Virus record (IMG/VR): IMGVR_UViG_3300045973_000169
Span: 62,001 to 126,000 of that record
Strand: one strand, 5' to 3'
Length of the DNA stretch: 64,000 nucleotides
Below are positions 27,994 through 38,400 of the stretch, piece after piece. The position numbers were made by a program, and so were the translations under genes. A model generated the notes under the pieces. It searched no databases, was not told the DNA's origin, and worked only from the letters and a program-made list of their open reading frames with translations. Numbering within the stretch: the stretch's first letter is position 1; each line of letters begins with the position of its first letter.

Positions 27994-28380
27994 AATTAAA
28001 AAGGAAATAAAATGAGAAATATTAAAATCTCACATATTGCAAGTAATCATGTTGACTTTACATGTTGGAATTGTTATACATCTTTTGACTTAGAAGTTGG
28101 AGATGAAGTTATATGTCCTAAATGTAAAAATGTTCCTAGGGGAAAATAAAATGAATTATAGAATTGAACCAGTAGAATTTGTTAGACCTCGAAGTTGGGG
28201 GGATGTAGATCCTGTTACAAAAGAATTAACTGGTAGATATAAAGGGAAAACTCCTGGAGCATGTCAACCTGATGAATCTGTTATAACAGAAGAAAATGGA
28301 TTTACTGATATAGTTGTGCTAGGGCCTGGATTTAGTCCTGCAGAATATATTAGAAATAAAGAATTAAATAAGTAGTTTGT

Positions 28381-28413
28381 GGCTGGGTGGCGGAATGGTA
28401 GACGCAGCAGCCT
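28381..28413 (+). pseudogene. orphan 5' half of a tRNA-Leu-type gene
   Basis: ggctggg-tg-gcg-gaatggtaga-cgc-a-gcagc-ct stops at the anticodon loop, 3 nt before GTTATTAACA. Confidence 0.75.
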
Positions 28414-28451
28414 ATGGTTATTAACATGTATCCCTAAATCAAGAGGTACAT

Positions 28452-28895
28452 GTGAGAATTGATATACTAGAAAGAAAAAATGAAATTTTAATATGGATTT
28501 CAGAAAATAAATCAAAAGAATTTATCGCTAGAAAACTTAATTGTAAAAATGAAACATTAACCTCATATCTTAAAAAAATGGGGATTGAATATTATGGGAA
28601 TAAATCTGGCAAAGGTATGGCAGATTTAAAGACTAGGAAAAGTGCATTAGAATATCTCAAAGGCACTTATATTAAATCCCATCTTCTTAAATTAAAATTA
28701 ATAGAAGACAAAATAAAAGAACATAAATGCGAAAGATGCTTAATTTCTACATGGTTTGAACAATTGATTCCTTTAGAATTACATCATAAAGATGGAAACC
28801 ATTATAACAATGAATTAATAAATCTTGAATTATTATGCCCAAATTGCCATGCACAGTGTGATAATAATTCAGGGAAAGCAGTAAGAAAGAAATAA
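28452..28895 (+). CDS. HNH homing endonuclease
   Basis: KCERC...PLELHHKDGNHYNNELINLELLCPNCH. Confidence 0.92.
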   Translation: MRIDILERKNEILIWISENKSKEFIARKLNCKNETLTSYLKKMGIEYYGNKSGKGMADLKTRKSALEYLKGTYIKSHLLKLKLIEDKIKEHKCERCLISTWFEQLIPLELHHKDGNHYNNELINLELLCPNCHAQCDNNSGKAVRKK

Positions 28896-28898
28896 TTT

Positions 28899-28984
28899 GC
28901 CGGAGTGGTGGAATGGCAGACACCCCAGACTTAGAATCTGGTGTCCGTAAGGGCGTACTGGTTCGAGTCCAGTCTTCGGTACCA
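28899..28984 (+). tRNA. tRNA-Leu(TAG)
   Basis: ccaga-ctTAGaa-tctgg; long variable arm; CCA. Confidence 0.92.
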
Positions 28985-28992
28985 AATAAATA

Positions 28993-29058
28993 AGAGAAGT
29001 TACAGCAAACATTATATAAACTTTGACTTTAACTCAAACATAAAATAAATACTTCTCT
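28993..29058 (+). ncRNA. small anticodon-stem-loop mimic (UUA loop)
   Basis: agagaagt/acttctct closing stem, ACAGCAA, tttga-ctTTAac-tcaaa; no D or T arm. Confidence 0.45.
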
Positions 29059-29224
29059 GTCTTTTTTAATGGATAATGTTTAGTTATCTAGTTTTTAACT
29101 CTGTGGAGTGCTCGGTAATCCGTTGAATTCTCAACCGCTTAAATCGCACTCCTTCCACCATAACAAGCCATGGTGGAAATAAGAGATAGGAGTAATCCTA
29201 TTTTTTTTATAATTTTTAAAATAT

Positions 29225-29311
29225 TCCTCAGTGGTGAAATTGGTAGCCACAGCACACTGTTAATGTGCCGACGAAAGTCAACTGCTCGTTCGAGTCGGGC
29301 CTGGGGAGCCA
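29225..29311 (+). tRNA. tRNA-Asn(GTT) with extended variable arm
   Basis: gcaca-ctGTTaa-tgtgc; variable gac-gaaa-gtc; CCA. Confidence 0.88.
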
Positions 29312-29456
29312 CATTGTTTCAAATAATACTGTTTTGGTATTATACATTAGACTAGCCTCCTCTTTTAGGAAAGGCTCGTCGGCTTACTGCCTTTGATCTG
29401 GACTGATCAAAGCGTGAATAATTTAGTGGGAGAACCTTTCTCCCCATTATATCTTT

Positions 29457-29495
29457 TAGAGTTATAGGGCCTTCCTATAGCTCTTTTTCTTTTTG
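29457..29495 (+). terminator. intrinsic terminator ending tRNA region
   Basis: agagttatagg-gcctt-cctatagctct + T-run. Confidence 0.8.
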
Positions 29496-30128
29496 TAATA
29501 TCCTCTTTTGTAGTCCCTCTTGTTTTAAAACCCACCTCTTAGTAGTACCCCTTTATTAACACAACCTCTCTTGCAGTACACTAAAAATTTAGTAGGTAAT
29601 ATGTATATAAAATTAATTTTAAATAAAGAAGATTTAACTGGAACTTGTAAAGACTATCCTATAGACCAAATAACCTGTTCAAGTTTCAAATCCAGAGTAT
29701 GCTTAAAGATATTAGAAGCTAACTATGTAGTATATCTCCCTGGAGATTTTGACGGAGATGAAGTTAAGATACTTAAGGATAGACCATGATAGCATATAAA
29801 TTGTTCCGTCAACTTAAAAACGGTGAGATAGCTCCATTATTTATAAATAAAAAACTTAGACTTTCTCAGAATGTATGGTATAATGCTGAATCTCATCGTA
29901 CTAAAGGATTTGCTTTTAGACCAGGATTCCATGTAACATCTAAACCAGTAGCTCCTCATCTATCTGAAAAGGATAGAGTATGGAAACAAGTAGAAATAGA
30001 AGATTATGTAGAAATTAAACGTCCAGATTCACAAGGTGGATTATGGATGCTTGCACAACGTATGAAAGTACTAGACTCCACAATCTAACTATGGTTATTA
30101 ACAGATAGAGCAATGGGGGCTCTGTCTT

Positions 30129-30893
30129 ATGAATAAATTAACACAAGAACAATGGATTGATAAAGCTAATAAAATCCACAATTATAAATATGATTATTCT
30201 AAATTAAAATATACTCATAATAAAAATAAAGTTTCTATTACATGTAAAAAACATGGGATATTTCAACAGCTTGCTAGAAATCATATTTTAGGTTCTGGTT
30301 GTAAAGAATGTATGAAAGATTCTCTTTCTGATAAATTTGCATTATCAAAAGAAGAATTTATTAATAAATCAAATAAATTGCATAATAATAAATATGATTA
30401 TAGTAAAGTTAAATATAAAAATTATAATAGTATAATTTGTATCATTTGTCCTGAGCATGAAGAATTTTGGCAAGAAGCCAGTAATCATTTATGTGGCAAT
30501 GGTTGTCCAGCATGCAATGAATCTAAAGGTGAAGTGAAAATTAGATTATTTTTAAATAAATATAAATTTAATTATACTGTTCAAGAATGGTTTAAGAATT
30601 CTAATATTCAATGTAAAAATCCACAAACAAATACTAAGATGCCTTTTGATTTCTATCTCCCAGACTGCAATACTTGTATTGAATATGATGGTGAACAACA
30701 TTATAAACCACATTCTTTTGGAGCTGATAAATCAATTGAAACAAAAGAAAAAAATTTAAAAATAATGCAATATAGGGATAGTATTAAGACCTTATATTGT
30801 TTAGAAAATAAAATAAAATTAATTAGAATACCATATGTTATGTTTAATAATATAGATATTATTTTAATGAAAGAATTATTAAATGAGAAATAA
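30129..30893 (+). CDS. homing endonuclease, Zn-ribbon + PD-(D/E)xK (paralog of 5895-6626)
   Basis: KYDYS repeats, GCPACNESKGE, PFDFYLP..CIEYDGEQHY. Confidence 0.87.
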   Translation: MNKLTQEQWIDKANKIHNYKYDYSKLKYTHNKNKVSITCKKHGIFQQLARNHILGSGCKECMKDSLSDKFALSKEEFINKSNKLHNNKYDYSKVKYKNYNSIICIICPEHEEFWQEASNHLCGNGCPACNESKGEVKIRLFLNKYKFNYTVQEWFKNSNIQCKNPQTNTKMPFDFYLPDCNTCIEYDGEQHYKPHSFGADKSIETKEKNLKIMQYRDSIKTLYCLENKIKLIRIPYVMFNNIDIILMKELLNEK

Positions 30894-31583
30894 ATGTACT
30901 AAAGAAATTCCAATGATAAAAGATGCTATGGGTCAATGGGAACATGAAGGGGCTAAATGTATTGGTTCTAACTTTGATGATACTAAAGAGTATTGGGAAT
31001 GTTCTGATTGTGGTACTAAATGGAATATATATTATGAAAATTAAAGCTTATGGACTATGGTACTTAGCTAATAGAATGAAGGTATTATAATGGAAACTAT
31101 AATTGAGTTTGAACGTATTGGATATAAATGTAAAACAATTTCTTCAATCCAAACAATATATAAAACAAAAAAAGAATTTAGTGATAATTATACTATAGAA
31201 GAAGCTTTATCTGGAGAAGAGAAGGTTGGCTATCATTATAAATTTTATCTTGAAGATAATATTAAATATACATCGTCAATCGAAATTACATCATTAGAAA
31301 AAATTATATTTAAAGAAGATGCTAAGTATGAAATTAAAATACTTATTAAAGAGTTGGGATAAATAATGATAGTAGTTTATGAAGATACAATACTCGAGAA
31401 AATTAATAAAATAATTGTTGATAATAAGAGACCAATTTCATATATAGAATTAACTGATGTGGAATTTCTTCAATTTAGTGTTTTCTCTGGGCTTGGGACT
31501 CCAAAAATTATTAAAGATAAAAATGGAGATAACCATATTGGTCTATTTTATAAAGGTACAATTATCCGAAAGGAAAGAGTCTA

Positions 31584-32045
31584 ATGATTAATTACGATCA
31601 ATGTAAGAAGGAAACTGAAGATCATATTAGGAATGTAACTTTTTGGATTAATAAGCTTAATAAGATTATTGAACAGAGAGGACCTAATCATGATAGGAGT
31701 AAATTATATTCTCCAGAGATAGATGGTTTTGCTGCTATTGATAGACATACATTAGATACTAAGTTTGGAACTGCTGAATATCAGGAGAACTTAGATAAAC
31801 TTAAACCAGTATTAGCTAATCACTACGCTAAAAATAGACATCATCCTGAACATTATCCTAATGGGATTAAAGGTATGAATCTAATAGATATAGTTGAAAT
31901 GCTATGTGATTGGAAAGCTTCTACTCAGAGATATAAAGAAGGAAATATTTTGACTAGTATTGATATTAATGTTAAGAGATTTGGTATCTCAGATGATTTA
32001 GCTCAGATACTTAGAAATACAGCAGAACTATTTGAATTAGTATGA
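31584..32045 (+). CDS. HD-like phosphohydrolase (DUF5662-like)
   Basis: H...HDRSK...NRHHPEHY...EMLCDW. Confidence 0.7.
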   Translation: MINYDQCKKETEDHIRNVTFWINKLNKIIEQRGPNHDRSKLYSPEIDGFAAIDRHTLDTKFGTAEYQENLDKLKPVLANHYAKNRHHPEHYPNGIKGMNLIDIVEMLCDWKASTQRYKEGNILTSIDINVKRFGISDDLAQILRNTAELFELV

Positions 32046-32052
32046 GGGATTA

Positions 32053-32403
32053 ATGAAAGAAAAGAAAATTGAAAAAGATCCACATGGCAAAGATGCTCAT
32101 GAGGTAGGTAGTAAATTAGATCATGGTAAAGTTAAAGTGAGATTATTGTTTAATGATTTTCCAAGAGCCCTTTTAGCAGTCTCTAGGATTGCTACTTTTG
32201 GAGCTAATAAGTATACTGAACATGGTTGGCTTGAGGTTCCTAATGGAATTGAGAGATATGATGATGCTAAGGATAGACATATTCTTTATGGAGCTATTGA
32301 TCCAGTTGACCCTGATAGTGGGGAACTACATGCTGCACATGAAGCCTGGAATGCTTTAGCCAAGCTTGAACTTATGCTAAGGGAGATGGAAAAGAATGGA
32401 TGA
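32053..32403 (+). CDS. dATP/dGTP diphosphohydrolase-like protein (DUF5664-like)
   Basis: K.D.GK...TFGA.KY...W...RY.DA..RH...DPDSG.LH.AH.AWN. Confidence 0.8.
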   Translation: MKEKKIEKDPHGKDAHEVGSKLDHGKVKVRLLFNDFPRALLAVSRIATFGANKYTEHGWLEVPNGIERYDDAKDRHILYGAIDPVDPDSGELHAAHEAWNALAKLELMLREMEKNG

Positions 32404-32723
32404 TATTAGCGTCTATTGGGACCCACAACTAAGGAAATGGATAGCTGAATATGATGATGGAAAGTTTAATATTAAAGTTTCTAATGATGAGATTGAAAAA
32501 GCTCAGAAATCAATGACTAGATTAGTTAAAGCAGCTAAAGAAATAAATGGAGTTTTAAAATGAATATAACAACGTGTGCCCCACCTTCTTGCTCTTGCTT
32601 TGGTCTTGAGACTTATGATGATATTGATGGTAACAAGATGGTTGCTATTACAGATTCAACAGGTGGAGTAGTAATTGATACAGTAGAAGCTTTCCATAAA
32701 CTTGTTGGGCTTTATATGATTGA

Positions 32724-33119
32724 GTGTGTAAAATAATGGGATTAGCAGATATACTTAATTTTGCTATATCTTACATTATATTTACATTAACAGTATTTGC
32801 TATTTCAAGTGGATTGCTTTATAGCGAAGGTCCTAGAACTATTAGAGATTGGTGGTTAAGGAAATTTAAAGGGAAGAAGATTGAACATTTATTTATATGT
32901 CAGCTATGCCAAAGCTTTTGGATAGCAATGGCTTTACATTCTTTCTTTTTACCTTTTAGATTTATTATCCATTATATCTTAGTTTGTTTCTCTGTTGCAG
33001 GATGTAGTTGGTTGTTAGGAGGAGCTACTTTATTCTTCTTGAATGGAAAGTATGCATTTGAGCAATATGCTAAGTATAGACAAATGGAATTCAAAAGGAG
33101 ACAAGATGATCTTCGATAA
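32724..33119 (+). CDS. membrane protein (DUF1360-like)
   Basis: TM segments with CQLCQSFW. Confidence 0.55.
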   Translation: MCKIMGLADILNFAISYIIFTLTVFAISSGLLYSEGPRTIRDWWLRKFKGKKIEHLFICQLCQSFWIAMALHSFFLPFRFIIHYILVCFSVAGCSWLLGGATLFFLNGKYAFEQYAKYRQMEFKRRQDDLR

Positions 33120-34083
33120 GAAACTTTTCTTCACCGCTGGTGATAATGATGGATGTGCTTATTATAGGGCTAAATTACCTGCAGAGTTTCTAGGATATGA
33201 TTATAATTATGGGTTTCCAGTTCAGGATACAACAAAATTAGATGAAGCAGATATTATATTTATCCAAAGAGCTACACATGAAGAGTTCTTAAATATAATT
33301 CCTAGTTTAAAAAAAGCAGGGAAGAAAGTAGTTTATGAAGTAGATGATAACTTATGGGAGATCCCAGCATCTAATTCTGCTCATAGAGGATTTAATACTA
33401 AGGTATTAAAACTTATGGTCAAGATTATTAGATTATGTGATGCTGTTACTGTATCTACAATTCCATTAAGAAATTATTTTATTAATAATCTATTTCATGA
33501 TAATGTACATGTAATCCCTAACTTTATTCCTGATGTATTTCCTAAGAGAACTAACTTTAATGCTAAGACAACTATTGGATTTTGTGGTACTCCTACACAT
33601 AGATGGGACTTTGATAACCATTTAGTAAAAGCTTTAAGGTCTCTTAAAGAGAAATGTAGATTAGTTTTTGTTGGATATAATCCTATCCAAAATGATGCTG
33701 ATGAATTCATTAAATGGATTCCTTCTAATGAATACCATGAAACTATCAATAATCTGAACTTTGATATTACAGTTGCTCCTTTATTAGATAATGAATTTAA
33801 TAGATGTAAGAGTAATATTAAGTTTCTTGAGTTTGGAGCCATGGGAACTTGTTTTATTGGATCAAAAGTATATCCTTATAGTGAGACTGTTAAACCTGAT
33901 AATGGGTTTCTCATAAATTATAATAAAGATTGGTTTGAATTACTAGATACTTTAGTAGAAAATTTTGGAGCTACTTTACAAGTTGGCGAAAATGCTAGAG
34001 AATTTGTTAAAGACAATTTCACATATAAATATAATGGTCAATTTATAATTGACAAATATAAAGAACTATTGGATACATTATGA
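33106..34083 (+). CDS. glycosyltransferase (GT-B)
   Basis: GCAYYR..LP, FIQR, YEVDDNLW, VTVST, APL.DNEFNRCKSNIKFLE. Confidence 0.85.
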   Translation: MIFDKKLFFTAGDNDGCAYYRAKLPAEFLGYDYNYGFPVQDTTKLDEADIIFIQRATHEEFLNIIPSLKKAGKKVVYEVDDNLWEIPASNSAHRGFNTKVLKLMVKIIRLCDAVTVSTIPLRNYFINNLFHDNVHVIPNFIPDVFPKRTNFNAKTTIGFCGTPTHRWDFDNHLVKALRSLKEKCRLVFVGYNPIQNDADEFIKWIPSNEYHETINNLNFDITVAPLLDNEFNRCKSNIKFLEFGAMGTCFIGSKVYPYSETVKPDNGFLINYNKDWFELLDTLVENFGATLQVGENAREFVKDNFTYKYNGQFIIDKYKELLDTL

Positions 34084-34706
34084 GTTTAATGCAATACCAA
34101 GGTGTAAAAACATACAAAGGATCAAAAGTGCCGAATTCATTAGAATTGTTTATAAATTATTGTACTACGATTGAATTGCCAAGAGTGTTAGAGCTTGGTG
34201 TATATCAATCAATGCCTGGTAGAAGTACTATGCATAAGACATGGGTACCACATGCAACTGTATTCCATGGGACAGATATTGAAGCTGGAGAAGATGTAGA
34301 CTTTGTTGCTGATGTCCATAAACTTTCTGAGGTATGTGGAGAAAAGTCATATGATGTTATCATTAGTTGTTCTACTTTTGAACATTTTAAATATCCACAT
34401 ATTGCTGCTCTTGAGATATCAAAAGTATTAAGTGATAAAGGGGCTATATTTATTCAGACACATTCTACATTTCCTATTCATGCTTATCCATATGATTATT
34501 TCAGATTTACTGAAGAAGCTCTATCTGGATGTTTTGGTACATTAAATGGGATACAAGTTAAGAATACAGATTATACTTTCCCTGCCACAATTAGTTCTGC
34601 TGCAGATGGTGGTCCTCATCCAGCTTGGCTTAATGTTAATTTATTTGGGATTAAAACACATGAGACTCCAAAAGATTATTTATATGAATTGGATACAGAA
34701 CTATGA
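34080..34706 (+). CDS. class I SAM-dependent methyltransferase
   Basis: VLELG, GTDI..G.DVD.V.D, STFEH, H.YP.DYFRFT. Confidence 0.85.
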   Translation: MSLMQYQGVKTYKGSKVPNSLELFINYCTTIELPRVLELGVYQSMPGRSTMHKTWVPHATVFHGTDIEAGEDVDFVADVHKLSEVCGEKSYDVIISCSTFEHFKYPHIAALEISKVLSDKGAIFIQTHSTFPIHAYPYDYFRFTEEALSGCFGTLNGIQVKNTDYTFPATISSAADGGPHPAWLNVNLFGIKTHETPKDYLYELDTEL

Positions 34707-35431
34707 GCTTTGTGTTAGTTGATGATTCTGGAAAAGGACAGCTTTGTTGTTCTAAGAGTATAGATCTAGAACGTGGATGTAAGAATAAATGTATTGGCTG
34801 TTATGGGACTAAGACTAGTCTTATGGGAGCTGATAAATACTATAATCATATAGTACCAAAGGAATTTGATGAAAAGAAATTTAGAACCTCTGTCAAGAAT
34901 ACGGTTAGAAAAGGTTTCAAATTTGCTAGACTCGGGAAGCATAGCGATGCAGCAAATATCGAAAACTATGATACACTTAAGTCAGTTCTTAAGATTACTG
35001 GTGAAGGAGGTTTAAGACTAGTATTTGTATCAAAAAGTTTAAAATTTGATAAAGAAATAGCTAGACTTTTAAGAGACAAAGAGCATATATTACATATGAG
35101 TTTAGGTATGATTTCTGATGCTCAAAGTAATGAACAGAGAATAAAAGTATATAAACAGTATAGAGATTTTGATATTCGTGCACATTTAAGAATCACAGAA
35201 GATGTAACTAAGCCAGTCCCATTATATTTTAAAGGATATTCTGGTATTATTACTCCAATGAGATTTAGTTCTTTGTTTATTGCAAACTTATATGATGTAG
35301 ATATGAGTAAATATGAATTTGTCCATGGATATTATAAACCTAAAGTTATAGATCCTTCTTGGTCGACACATACTAATTGGTGTGGAGAAATCAATGGTGA
35401 AATTAAATGTTGTAAATGTATGGGAGAATAG
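34703..35431 (+). CDS. radical-SAM-like protein
   Basis: GCKNKCIGCY (CxxxCxxC). Confidence 0.65.
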   Translation: MSFVLVDDSGKGQLCCSKSIDLERGCKNKCIGCYGTKTSLMGADKYYNHIVPKEFDEKKFRTSVKNTVRKGFKFARLGKHSDAANIENYDTLKSVLKITGEGGLRLVFVSKSLKFDKEIARLLRDKEHILHMSLGMISDAQSNEQRIKVYKQYRDFDIRAHLRITEDVTKPVPLYFKGYSGIITPMRFSSLFIANLYDVDMSKYEFVHGYYKPKVIDPSWSTHTNWCGEINGEIKCCKCMGE

Positions 35432-38400
35432 AAAGTGATTGAGTTTACTAAACCTAAACTAGAGATTAAAGCCTATTATGAATGGGAAGAAGTAGAAAAT
35501 TGGTTAGATAGTTCCTTTAATGATGCTATGTATGTTGTGGCTGATATTAAAGCTATGCTATTTACTGATGAGAAACTAGGACCACAAACAGGGTTTAGGC
35601 TTATTAGTTTAGATAAAGAATATACACATGAAGATAAAAGAGTAATCAATGTCTATAGACATATGATGAAACATCTTCCTATTAATGATGAATCATTCTG
35701 GATTTATGTTGAACCGGAGAAAAGTAAATGAGTTGTGAAAAACACAAACTAAGAAAAAGAAAAGATTGTCCAGATTGCTTCCCTAATGGAGACACTGTAT
35801 TTCGTGTTGGGGCTACATTACCTGAAAATTTAAGTGAAAAAGCTATTGAGCAATTAACTACTGGAACTTGCCCACAGGTTGCTATTGATCTTGCTGAGAA
35901 GGTTTCCGACCATCTACTTAAAAACAAACTTGAGAAGAAAGGATTGAAGATAGTTCCTATCGAAGATCCTATTGCTGAGAAATTAACAGAGATTCTGATT
36001 GAAGGATTTGACCCTGGTCTTCCTATAGGTCATGATGGATTAATACAGCAAGTACCTAATCTAGATGACTATTATGCTTTTAAAACAGATGAGATTAAGA
36101 AACAATTAGATGAGATATTAGCATCTAAAGTTAAGTCTCTTACTAAGGAAATCAATAGTATTGTTTCTATTAAGTATGAAGCTCTTGATATTCCATTGAC
36201 TAGATTTAGTTTAAAGGTATTAGACTCTTTGCTTAATGATGGTTGGAAGATGATTAGTATTCTTACTAAGGAAGTAGCTAAAGTATCTGGACTTAAAGAG
36301 GATGGAGTTATATTCCAAAGAATAAGATGTACTTCTTGGAAGAAGACTCTTGAACAATGTAAGGAATTGTATAAGGGAACTAAATGAAATTGTTTAGTTT
36401 AGACAATATCAAAAAACTGCTTGAAGAAAAAAGGAAAAATGAAATGGCAATTGGAATCATTGGTAATATTACCACAAAGAAAATTTTAAGTGTTGAAAAA
36501 GGGAATGTTGATAAGCCAGGTGTTACTGGACAGAGAGTTGTTGCTTTTACTCTTGATGGAGATAATGATGTTAAAATCAAAATCTTACTTAAAGATAAAA
36601 TAGCAGTGACTGTCTATAATATGTTTCTTAAAGATACAAAGACTAAACATGCAACTATTGATCATGATGGAGTGATTGTTGACAAAGAAGTTTATGTTTC
36701 ATTTACAGAAGCTGACATTAGAGAAGTTCGTGCTAATAAAGAAATAGTATGTCAGAATCCTAAGAACCTACAATTTACATTTGACTATTTGGTACTTGGT
36801 TAATATGTATGATGTACTTGATTTAATCAAACCAAAGAGATTAGCTGAGGATAAAAGAGCTATATTATCGAAAGATTTTATAGCTCTAGATTTCTCTGAT
36901 ACACTTATTTATAAGCCATGTGAGACTAAGTTCCCTTTATGTGAGATATCTATAAAGGATTTATATTCAAGTAATTTTGATGAAGCTAATGAGATCAATG
37001 ATTTCACTTTCAAATTACCTGAACTAGAGTATACTGAAATAAGTATTAATGCTGGAGACGTTGCAGTTTTAAGTTCGATAAGCGCTGCTGGAGAAGATAT
37101 ATTCTTTTGTGGTTATATTGGATTTAGAATGAATTTATTATCATTCCTTACTTCTGGTTTAGTTTACTATAATGAATATAGAATTACTAAAGAAATTATC
37201 CCAATGCGTAATATAGATAATCAATGGATAGATTATTCTGTATATTACTATTTGTTTCAAATGTTTAAGAATCTCTCTGGAAAGAAAACTGACTTATTAT
37301 TAGTAGCTAAAAAAGATGATAAGCTTTATTTAACTAATAAAGATAAAGACTTTTATATTATAAGTAAAGAGCCAAGTAAATTTAAAACAGATAGTTTTGC
37401 TTCTATTAATAAGTTTTATACAGAACAAAAGTTCGGTAAAGAAACTGCAATTATAAAGAAAGAATGGATAGAAGGTAAAGATTCTTTTATAAAGCATCTT
37501 ATTAGACCATTAGATGATGTTTGCATGACTAAAGATTCTCCTAGTGTAATTAAATTAAGTAGTAATGGATATGAATTATTTATAAATAAGGAAAAACAAT
37601 GAGTGAAGAAGTACAAGAAGTCATTGAAGACATAGAGCTTGAAGAAATTGAAGGACTAGATACTATTGAGTATCATGGTAAAAGCTTAGATGAATGGGTT
37701 ACTATATTAACTATAGATCTTCCAAAATTGCCCTGTGGAGCACATGAAATGGGGAATGCAGTTATCTCTATTACTAATGCTTATGGGAAGGCTTATAATG
37801 CCTTTAATACTCTTCTGGTACTATGTTCTAAAGCAGAGAATCAATATAAAGCTGAGAAGTTTAGATTGATAGATGTATATCTTGTTGATTGTAAGAAAAA
37901 GAATCTTAAGCCTCCATCAAAAGAGAATGTTGAGATTATTGTTATAAATCAAGATAAAAATAAAAAAGTAAGAATGCTTATGGAAAGATATAAGATCTAT
38001 GATATGATAAAAAGCTTCTTTGAAAATAATACAAAAAAACTTGAGAAGACTCTATCTGCTGCAAAGGAACTCCTTTATATAAGTGGAGCCCATAGTAGAG
38101 TAGAACATAAAGGTAATATATGATATCGATTGGTGTTATTGGACGGAATTTAAACCATCTTAATTTTAAAAGTATCTTTGATATATTAGACCAAGGAGTT
38201 GAAGCTAATTTTTGGACATATAATAGATATTCGTTAGACAATGGGAAAACATATAATGGGTCTGATGATAAATATCTTATATTTCTAGCAACGACCCCTA
38301 AAGCTGAGAATGATAAAGACTTTGTAAAGTTCTCTGGAAAACCAAGTGAAGAAGAGATTGCAGAAGTAATGCAAGATTTCGTATATAGGATATGTAATGA

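Noticed and set aside
26349-29355. ORFs 26349(-), 27137, 27556, 28264(-), 29170
   Set aside because: They overlap clear tRNA genes.
31584-32403. 2-aminoadenine (Z-genome) pathway
   Set aside because: The hydrolases are compatible, but no PurZ is present in this window.
36781-38123. Sliding clamp and UvsY-like assignments
   Set aside because: Size and context fit, but no motif I can support.
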